A DNA stretch of 53,349 bases from a virus (lineage: Duplodnaviria; Caudoviricetes): the IMG/VR virus record IMGVR_UViG_3300025695_001512, positions 1 through 53,349 of that record; one strand, written 5' to 3'. The notes under the pieces are model-generated. The model was not told where the DNA came from and did no database searches. It saw only the letters and a list, made by a program, of their open reading frames with translations. Position numbers and translations under genes: made by a program. Positions 47,301-53,349 of the stretch are shown one piece after another; position 1 is the first letter of the stretch; the number at the start of each line of letters is the position of its first letter.

Positions 47301-47495
47301 GTAAACCCAATCTTAGACGGAATCAGAAGAGACCGTGGTTTGATTGACTTTAGAGTTACAGTTTCTAATACACCTGAAGATTTAGATTCAAATACCTTAA
47401 CAGGTAAAATTTATCTAAAACCAACGAGAGCACTTGAATTCATCGATATTGAATTCTTAATTACTCCGACAGGTGCATCATTTGAGGATATTTAA
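44310..47495 (+). CDS. Contractile tail sheath protein (gp18-like)
   Basis: FVSPGVYTSERDLS N-terminus; YYPW, PWFASAGYTRG, LYKGRLNPI, IWGNKTLQ, LDRINVRRLL, KPTRALEFIDIEF. Confidence 0.95.
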   Translation: MATANKVFVSPGVYTSERDLSFVAQSVGVTTLGIVGETLSGPAFEPIFISNYDEYQAYFGGTNPTKFVNTQIPKYEAAYIAKAYLQQSNQLFVTRVLGLSGYDAGPSWSIKTVGNLDSSGTTATSVAGPFTIEFSGTSGDSTTISVTNYTSLPPSIEDVITFPYTTYTGGESTILGDMEDLLYGEIVSLSSSGSTSYFWGSVSASTFDDVTGATPNYSANTNVLEVDDISFENCDLTASENDPWYYALFSQSNNVYSGVGFGMGVTGLTNTVGDDYSGTAVVYLTNYTGSPMSEYHNLVVATLRSRGIATYSTDDGPVYEVSGLTDVLMDCTGEYSAVTKNPFETFAISGITNDGDTFNFKTSFNVSDSNYISKVFGKSNFAKPRTEVPLFLEEEYYSMLNIGYRKGMIRGLDCDLLSLDGARTDTANTGIGWYLDRYQTPETPYVVSELRGTQVYNMFKFITVSDGNSANREVKISIINISFNNGTFDIVVRDFFDTDANPVVLEKFTNCTMDPNQNSFVAKKIGTANGDFELKSRYIMLEMNEDAPIDSLPCGFRGYLTRQYSGSKSPFLEYKTEYYRPGQVIFNPPFGNASGSDNETRAAGDKVRKVYLGVSNTMGIDSDFFQYKGKQNPLNLKTATSSQPWAYLTKGFHMDSGATIVTIPADYVTSGQSSFEVGVAEFRGEPQDESNPYYKLNSRKFTLAPSGGFDGWDIYREYRTNGDRYQLGAAGYRKGAAPSISYPTSTGWGAFKQITGPDQLTWGNTDYYSYLWGQHTFHNPEAININVFTTPGIDYVNNSNLIEEAIDMVETDRADSIYICTTPDYQMFTPTLGDFDTNFIYPEEAVDNLEETGIDSNYSATYYPWILTRDTVNNTQIYLPPTAEVVRNLALTDNIAFPWFASAGYTRGLVNAVKARKKLTQEDRDILYKGRLNPIATFSDVGTVIWGNKTLQVRESALDRINVRRLLLQARKLISAVAVRLLFEQNDEQVRQEFLDSVNPILDGIRRDRGLIDFRVTVSNTPEDLDSNTLTGKIYLKPTRALEFIDIEFLITPTGASFEDI

Positions 47496-47515
47496 TCACT
47501 CGATATATTTATAAT

Positions 47516-47539
47516 ATGGGGACTACATGTGGTCCCCAT
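47516..47539 (+). terminator. GC-rich hairpin after sheath gene (terminator or processing/stabilising stem)
   Basis: ATGGGGACTAC-AT-GTGGTCCCCAT; no clean U tract. Confidence 0.55.
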
Positions 47540-47574
47540 TAGCCTTTATTAAACGTTTAAATAAAAATACAAAA

Positions 47575-47718
47575 ATGGAATTCACAAAAAAAACACTTAA
47601 CGAAGCGTTAGAGATGAAATCTGACGGAAAAAAGTCTTTTTCAGAAAAACCACAAAATATTGTGATTTCTGAATCTCAACTTGAAAGATTAATTGAAAAA
47701 ATTAAAACTAAAAAATAA
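47575..47718 (+). CDS. Small protein with ISESQLERLI motif
   Basis: Likely ATG at 47575 (47 aa); TAATG-coupled to the next gene. Confidence 0.65.
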   Translation: MEFTKKTLNEALEMKSDGKKSFSEKPQNIVISESQLERLIEKIKTKK

Positions 47719-48569
47719 TGTCGATTAAAAGAATCATTAGAGAATTTTACGAAGAGAAACAACTTAAGGAAGGTTTTGATATTGAAGGTAACCCTGATTT
47801 AAAGTATTATGCTTTTGATTGGGACGATAATATCGTAACGATGCCGACACAAATTATTCTTTTGACTGAAAATGATGAAGAACTTGGTATGTCTACTGAG
47901 GATTTTGCAGACTACCGAGGGTTGATTGGTAAAGAACCTTTTGAATATAAGGGTGAAATGATTGTTGGTTATGCAAATGACCCTTATAGAAACTTCGGTG
48001 TAAGTGGGGATAATGCTTTCATCATAGACTCTATGGTTGCATCTATTGGTCCTTCTTGGGACGATTTTGTAGAATGTATTAACGGGGGTTCAATATTTGC
48101 AATTATCACAGCAAGAGGACACACACCGTCAGTTCTTCGTGAATCTATCTATAATTTTATTGTTACCGACCATAATGGCATCAGTAAAGATATTCTTATC
48201 GATAATCTTAAAAAATATAGAAATATGTCGGGTGATGAAACAAAGGATGGTCAAATTATGATTAATGAGTATTTGGACCTTTGTAAATATTATCCTGTAA
48301 CATATGGAGAGGGGTCAGCATCAAACCCTGAAGAAGGAAAAATTAAAGCTTTAAGAGAATTTATTGCTTATGTAAAAGAAATGAGTGAGAGACTTGGAAA
48401 AAGAGCGTTCCTTAAAAATGATGTAAAAAATAATTTCGTACCGATGATTGGGTTTTCTGATGATGACCCAGGAAATGTTGAAAAAATCAAAGCATTTTTA
48501 GATAAAGAGTATGAAGATAAACCAGTAAGAACTTATTTAACTAAAGGAGGAGATAAAAAAGAAATTTAA
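47718..48569 (+). CDS. HAD-fold hypothetical protein
   Basis: YAFDWDDNI, IITARGH, GFSDDD motifs. Confidence 0.72.
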   Translation: MSIKRIIREFYEEKQLKEGFDIEGNPDLKYYAFDWDDNIVTMPTQIILLTENDEELGMSTEDFADYRGLIGKEPFEYKGEMIVGYANDPYRNFGVSGDNAFIIDSMVASIGPSWDDFVECINGGSIFAIITARGHTPSVLRESIYNFIVTDHNGISKDILIDNLKKYRNMSGDETKDGQIMINEYLDLCKYYPVTYGEGSASNPEEGKIKALREFIAYVKEMSERLGKRAFLKNDVKNNFVPMIGFSDDDPGNVEKIKAFLDKEYEDKPVRTYLTKGGDKKEI

Positions 48570-48693
48570 TTATTTTCTATTTTTTATTATCTTCTAGTGG
48601 AACTTACTGAAAAAAAATAAAAAGTAAATAGAAAAACTTTTGTAGTTGATATTTATAATAAAATAAACGTAAGAACAGAAAAACCAAAATACT

Positions 48694-49182
48694 ATGGCTG
48701 ATTTATTAATGAAAATGCCCGTTCCTTATGAACCTAAAAGAAAAAATAGGTTTATCCTATCATTTCCTTCTTCATTGGGGATTAACTCTTGGTATGTTGA
48801 GTCTACATCAAGACCAAACATCCAAATCGGGGCAACAGAAATTCCTTTCCTAAACACATCTACATATGTGGCTGGTAGATTCACTTGGAATACCATAAAC
48901 GTAACTTTCCGTGACCCAATCGGTCCTTCAGCATCACAAGCATTGATGGAGTGGGTTCGTTTACACTCAGAGTCTGTAACAGGACGTATGGGTTATGCTG
49001 CGGGATATAAAAAAGACATTGACTTAGAAATGTTAGACCCAACAGGGGTTGCAGTGGAGAAATGGATTCTTCAAGGAACATTCTTAACTGATGTTAACTT
49101 TGACAGTTTAGGTTATAGTGACGATGCGATTGCAACAATTTCCGCAACGCTACGTCCTGATAGATGTATTTTGGTTTATTAA
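48694..49182 (+). CDS. Tail tube protein (gp19-like)
   Basis: YEPKRKNRF, W..I.VTFRDPI, EWVR, GY...YKKD..L.MLDPTG.AVEKW.L.G.F; follows sheath; TATTTAT at 48650-48656. Confidence 0.9.
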   Translation: MADLLMKMPVPYEPKRKNRFILSFPSSLGINSWYVESTSRPNIQIGATEIPFLNTSTYVAGRFTWNTINVTFRDPIGPSASQALMEWVRLHSESVTGRMGYAAGYKKDIDLEMLDPTGVAVEKWILQGTFLTDVNFDSLGYSDDAIATISATLRPDRCILVY

Positions 49183-49223
49183 TATAAAAAAGTATTGATT
49201 AAAAATCAATCACCTATATATTT

Positions 49224-49260
49224 AAACCATAGAGGTCATTGCACTTCTATGGTTTTTTTT
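49224..49260 (+). terminator. Rho-independent terminator after tail tube
   Basis: AAACCATAGAGG-N8-CTTCTATGGTTT hairpin plus T run. Confidence 0.8.
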
Positions 49261-49273
49261 ATTTAAAATAGTT

Positions 49274-50023
49274 ATGGACCAAGCACAACAATACGGACAA
49301 ATAAATATGAACTTACCACATGATGTGGTTCCACTACCTTCAAGAGGAGTTTTTTATCAAAATAAAAAGAAATCCTTAAAGGTTGGTTATCTAACTGCTC
49401 AGGATGAGAATGTTTTATTATCCGCAGGTAACAATCAAAATTTAGTTACAACATTACTTAAGAGTAAAATTTACGAACCTGATTTTAATGTTAATGAAAT
49501 GTTAGATGGTGATGCTGAAGCCATTCTTATCTTTTTAAGAAATACTGCTTTTGGTTCTGAATATAACTTTAGATTAAAAGACCCAAAAACAAAAAAAGAC
49601 TTTGACACGAATGTTATGTTAGATGAGTTAGATATTTTACAACCTAAAATACAACCTAATAATGAAGGTCTTTTTGAATTAAACCTACCTAAAACAGGAA
49701 AAAATATAGTTTGTAGACTTTTAACTATTGGTGATACTAATGAGTTAAGTAAACTACAAGATGAGTATCCTGAAGGTGTTACAGTTCCTATTGTAACACG
49801 TAGATTAGAAAAACATATCGTTGCCGTTGACGGAGATACTAACAGAGAGAATATTGCAACATTTGTGAACACGTTACCTATTATGGATTCTAAGTTTATT
49901 AGAAACACAATGACAGATTGTGAACCAAGATTAGACCTTAATAGAACTGTTATAGCCCCGTCAGGAGAAAAAGTGAATGTACGTATCACTTTTGGGGCAG
50001 AGTTTTTTCGTCCTTTCTTCTGA
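49274..50023 (+). CDS. Baseplate hub/tail assembly chaperone (T4 gp26-like)
   Basis: LPSRGVFY...LTAQDENVL...GDAEAILIFLRNTAFGSEY...EFFRP; lies between tube and tape measure genes. Confidence 0.75.
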   Translation: MDQAQQYGQINMNLPHDVVPLPSRGVFYQNKKKSLKVGYLTAQDENVLLSAGNNQNLVTTLLKSKIYEPDFNVNEMLDGDAEAILIFLRNTAFGSEYNFRLKDPKTKKDFDTNVMLDELDILQPKIQPNNEGLFELNLPKTGKNIVCRLLTIGDTNELSKLQDEYPEGVTVPIVTRRLEKHIVAVDGDTNRENIATFVNTLPIMDSKFIRNTMTDCEPRLDLNRTVIAPSGEKVNVRITFGAEFFRPFF

Positions 50024-50036
50024 TTACAAGAGAGTT

Positions 50037-50198
50037 ATGCTCGATGAGTTCTACTATTTGAGTAAGCATGTTAATATGTCTTATTCGGATATGATGTCTA
50101 TGCCTACCTTTGAAAGAAAATATTTTATAAATAAATTATCTGAAGAATTTATTAAAAGGGAGGAAGAATACGAGAAACAAAAAAATAAATCTCGTTAA
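50037..50198 (+). CDS. Small gp51-like/gpT-like chaperone domain (possibly expressed by +1 frameshift)
   Basis: EFYYLSKH..MSYSDMMSMPTFERKYFI; the frame is open upstream across the end of the 49274 ORF. Confidence 0.65.
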   Translation: MLDEFYYLSKHVNMSYSDMMSMPTFERKYFINKLSEEFIKREEEYEKQKNKSR

Positions 50199-50223
50199 TT
50201 GATATTTATTGTAAAAGAAGAAT

Positions 50224-52305
50224 ATGTTTTTTCAAAGTGACGGAGGTTTAAAGAACGATACTCAGAAGATTGCTGAAAATATTACTCTTGCTCAAATTTC
50301 ATTAAAAGAATTTACTAAACAGATGAAGAGTAGTATAACTGATGTTCAATCGGTTATTAATCAGGCGGCGGCAATCAACTCACAAACCGCAAATCAAGTA
50401 AGACAAACTTTAGGTCAAAGTAGAGTTGTTAGTAATCAAGTTCAAGAGGTTATTGCACAAGCAACAAAATCAACAGGTCTTCTTGGTATAGATGCTTCTA
50501 AAAACATTGAATTATTTGGTGCATTGAATACTGCAATGCAAAGAAACACATACTTTACTGAACAACAAATTACAAGATTTCAAGCTTTAGGTTTTAGTGC
50601 TAATTTAACATCTCAACAATTGGCTGAAATGGCCACTTCATTTGATACTTTAGGGTATACTACCGATGAAACCTTAATAATGATGCAAAATATGACTGAA
50701 GAAGCTAAGTCATATGGTCTTAATGTTTCACAATTTATGGACCAAGTTAATAAAAACTTAAGTTTAATGGTTGGGTATAACTTTAAAGGTGGTGTTGAAG
50801 GTTTATCTAAAATGGTTGCACAGGCACAAGCGTTAAGAATTGATATGGCTGCGACTAAAGGGTTTGCTGAAGATATGTTAGACCCAAGTAAAGCTATTGA
50901 AACTGCGGCAGGATTTCAAATGTTAGGTGGTGAAATTGGAGCACTAGGTGACCCGTTTAAATTATTACATATGGCTCAAACCGATATGGCGGGTTTACAA
51001 GACGAATTAGTTAAAATGTCCGCAGCATCTGTATCCTTTAATAAGGAAACAGGAGAATTTGATATACCTGTTACTCAAATGTATCGAATGAGGGAAGCTG
51101 CAAAATTGGCAGGTCGTTCGTATGAAGATTTTAGTCAAATGGCTATGAATGCGGCTCAGAGAACACAAAAACTTAAAATTTTAGATGGTTTTACGTCTGT
51201 TGATGAAGATAAAAAAGAATTAATTGCAAGTTTAGGTAAGATAGGGGCTAACGGTAATTTAGAAATAACAATGCCTGATGGTAGTCTTAGAAAAATTAGT
51301 GAAGGGTTTAATGAATTAACTGAAACAGACTATAAGGAGTTAGCAAAGATGCAGAAAGTGGATAAACTGGGTGAGTTGGAAGTAGCTAAAAAATCTATGG
51401 GTTATTTAGAGGAGATTAAATACGCTCAAGATACTATAACAAAATTAACTACGTTAAATTTAGTTCAATCAGGTGACTTTAATAAAATTGGTGAAAACAT
51501 AAGTAAAGCCAATAGTTTATTAGCTAACAAATTTTTAGAAAAAGAAGCTGAAATTAATATACCTGAAAGTGTTGCAACTGCATCGAGTCAAGTTTTTACT
51601 CAGTTAAAACTCACTAATGAACAAGCTGATAGTATAGTTAATGGGACTATTTCAACACTTAATAGGGCTAGTGAAGAAATTGATAACAAATTAATACCTG
51701 CATTAAAAAGATTAACTGACGGCCTTGAATTAAAGGATATAATGGATAAATTGAAAAATATAGATATCAAATCAGCCTTTAGTGGTGTGACTGATGTAAG
51801 TTTATGGCCTGACACAGTTAATATAGAAACCACACCTCAAAGAGAAGTAGTTTCGCAAGGTTTAACAACACCTCAAAGAGAAGTAGTTTCGCAAGGTTTA
51901 ACAACACCTCAAAGAGAAGTTGTTTCGGAAAGTTTAACTGTCCAATCAGTTCAAAGTGCAAATCTAAATATACAAAACGCCAATATAACAAATGGTAATC
52001 AGACTGCGAATCAAAGTTTATTACCAATGGTTATGGATTCTATTAATAACAATGCGGTTAATAATATTGCAAATGCTAATAATTTTAACCAATCTAATCA
52101 GTCAACTCAAAATAATCAAACACCACAATTTCAGATAAATGGTGAAGTTAAATTGACGATAGCTGACCTACCAACTAATTCTAATATTAGTAAAGAAACA
52201 ATAGCAGAGTTATTGGTTAGAAACCCACAAGCGATGAGTATTATTGAATCACAATTAAATAATATTAATACTTGGGATAGTCGATATGGGTTTAGAGTAA
52301 CGTAA
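50224..52305 (+). CDS. Tape-measure-like protein
   Basis: 693 aa, Ala/Gln/Met-rich helical protein after tube and chaperones; TATTTAT at 50203-50209. Confidence 0.7.
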   Translation: MFFQSDGGLKNDTQKIAENITLAQISLKEFTKQMKSSITDVQSVINQAAAINSQTANQVRQTLGQSRVVSNQVQEVIAQATKSTGLLGIDASKNIELFGALNTAMQRNTYFTEQQITRFQALGFSANLTSQQLAEMATSFDTLGYTTDETLIMMQNMTEEAKSYGLNVSQFMDQVNKNLSLMVGYNFKGGVEGLSKMVAQAQALRIDMAATKGFAEDMLDPSKAIETAAGFQMLGGEIGALGDPFKLLHMAQTDMAGLQDELVKMSAASVSFNKETGEFDIPVTQMYRMREAAKLAGRSYEDFSQMAMNAAQRTQKLKILDGFTSVDEDKKELIASLGKIGANGNLEITMPDGSLRKISEGFNELTETDYKELAKMQKVDKLGELEVAKKSMGYLEEIKYAQDTITKLTTLNLVQSGDFNKIGENISKANSLLANKFLEKEAEINIPESVATASSQVFTQLKLTNEQADSIVNGTISTLNRASEEIDNKLIPALKRLTDGLELKDIMDKLKNIDIKSAFSGVTDVSLWPDTVNIETTPQREVVSQGLTTPQREVVSQGLTTPQREVVSESLTVQSVQSANLNIQNANITNGNQTANQSLLPMVMDSINNNAVNNIANANNFNQSNQSTQNNQTPQFQINGEVKLTIADLPTNSNISKETIAELLVRNPQAMSIIESQLNNINTWDSRYGFRVT
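51829..51936 (+). repeat. 3 x 36-nt in-frame tandem repeat (TTPQREVVSQGL)
   Basis: Units at 51829, 51865 and 51901; near-identical DNA with no spacers. Confidence 0.92.
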
Positions 52306-52422
52306 AATCCTAGCGATTCTATCTGGGATAATTGTTGTTTTCGCCTTAATTAATACAATTAACAACGAGTGTGCTTAATATAAAATTATATTATCATCTA
52401 TTTATGTAAAAAGAATATATAG

Positions 52423-53349
52423 ATGCCAAGTCCATTATCATTTAACTCTACTGAGAACTTCAGAAAAAAATTGTTGGTTAGAAATTTACAACCATACAAT
52501 AGTGATGGTTTTGTGCCGACAAGTTCACCTGGCGAGACTGGGTTTTACGTTAATGACCAATCGGTTAGTGATTCTACTGAGGTTGAGGTTATCGGTCAAG
52601 AAGAGTCTAAAAACGCATATACTAAAAACACTTATGGACCCGATGGTGGGTTTAATGAACCCATAAGTGTTGATGATGTATTCAATACGAGTATAGTATC
52701 GAGTGTTGGAAAAGGACCTTATGGTGATTTTATTGCTTCTACTTATAATTCGTTTAGTATTTTAACAAGTGGAGACCCACAAGGAGATAACGGTTCTCTT
52801 TCTCAAGATTCTGATTTGGCAAGAATTGCTGCGGAATCATTAAAATCTGAATTTCAATATAGGGTTGCTCAAGAAACATACCAACAAACTTTGGGTAGGG
52901 TTAACGCTATTGATGCCTTATCGGACCCTTTTGATTTATTAGGTATTGTTACCGGTAATAATTCTATAATTGAAAGAGATTGGAAGATATCCGTTCCAAA
53001 AAATATTATAGGTAAAGGTTTAGATTTTATAAGTAGGATAACGGGTGTTTATTCACCCTACTCATGGATTCCTGGCGATTATTTTAGTGATGAACCTCGA
53101 CAATTATTTTTAAATCAGGCAGCAAATGCAGTAACAGGTTTATTTGATAAAAGAGGGGTTCTTAAATTACCTACCGAAAAAACAGGAATGCAAACATTCT
53201 TGGACAATACAGGTGGTGGTCAGAGGTCAAGACTATTTAAGGGGTTATCATTAAACAGATATGTTCCTGACTATAATAAAAATTTCTTAACTGATTTATT
53301 TACAGAGGTTCCAAAACAAAATTATTATGTTGGTAGTTCACAACAAGAA
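52423..53349 (+). CDS. Putative virion (tail/baseplate) protein, 3' truncated by the window
   Basis: ATG 52423 MPSPLSFNSTENFRKKLLVRNLQPY... appears open to the window end; TATTTAT at 52399-52405. Confidence 0.7.
   Translation, partial: MPSPLSFNSTENFRKKLLVRNLQPYNSDGFVPTSSPGETGFYVNDQSVSDSTEVEVIGQEESKNAYTKNTYGPDGGFNEPISVDDVFNTSIVSSVGKGPYGDFIASTYNSFSILTSGDPQGDNGSLSQDSDLARIAAESLKSEFQYRVAQETYQQTLGRVNAIDALSDPFDLLGIVTGNNSIIERDWKISVPKNIIGKGLDFISRITGVYSPYSWIPGDYFSDEPRQLFLNQAANAVTGLFDKRGVLKLPTEKTGMQTFLDNTGGGQRSRLFKGLSLNRYVPDYNKNFLTDLFTEVPKQNYYVGSSQQE

Noticed and set aside
2689-51833. Many 60-170-aa ORFs overlapping larger genes (e.g. 2689, 3003, 5402, 8582, 16694, 26049, 34320, 40015, 45064, 49471, 51600)
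   Set aside because: They lie antisense or out of frame within well-supported CDSs and show no recognisable motifs.
51829-51936. 36-nt repeats as a mini CRISPR array
   Set aside because: The units are contiguous with no spacers, in frame within a CDS, and no cas genes are present.
52286-52378. Hydrophobic frame RKILAILSGIIVVFALINTINNECA after the tape-measure stop, preceded by MGLE*
   Set aside because: There is no start codon after the in-frame TAA at 52298, and hydrophobic runs arise easily in AT-rich DNA; the weak hairpins here are also not convincing as an ncRNA.
1-53349. Alternative genetic code (TAG/TGA recoding as in some large Bacteroidota phages)
   Set aside because: Conserved genes are full length under code 11 with tight stop/start coupling, and TAG and TGA occur as plausible stops.
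1-53349. tRNA or rRNA genes
   Set aside because: Intergenic gaps are short and AT-rich, and I saw no cloverleaf or T-loop signature in them.

Overview
An AT-rich, densely coding 53 kb segment of a large T4-like (contractile-tail) phage genome, standard genetic code. The host is probably Bacteroidota, inferred from the lack of Shine-Dalgarno motifs and two TAnnTTTG promoters. Structural genes: end of the major capsid gene, spike, neck, tail terminator, sheath, tube, baseplate/tail chaperone and tape measure. Other core genes: gp55-like late sigma factor, family-B DNA polymerase, SNF2 helicase, dUTPase, PhoH. The most notable feature is a ~13.5 kb glycan locus (11.2-24.7 kb): GDP-fucose synthesis (gmd/fcl), an inverted cassette for CMP-nonulosonic acid (probably KDN, via the 9-phosphate route), a GT29-type sialyltransferase, a sulfotransferase and several more glycosyltransferases, with no export machinery. 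Plausible acceptors are a 1421-aa mucin-like Pro/Thr/Ser fibre protein and virion proteins enriched in an [S/T]-G-x-[S/T] motif, which suggests a self-encoded virion glycocalyx. Also seen: a TATTTAT late-promoter motif (reverse complement of T4's TATAAATA core), putative head-packaged proteins with LTE/INE motifs (including an Mn-SOD fused to a PD-(D/E)xK-like domain), a candidate UUU_CGU +1 frameshift in the tail chaperone gene, and apparent GATC avoidance. All protein calls come from recognising motifs by eye; no database search was run.
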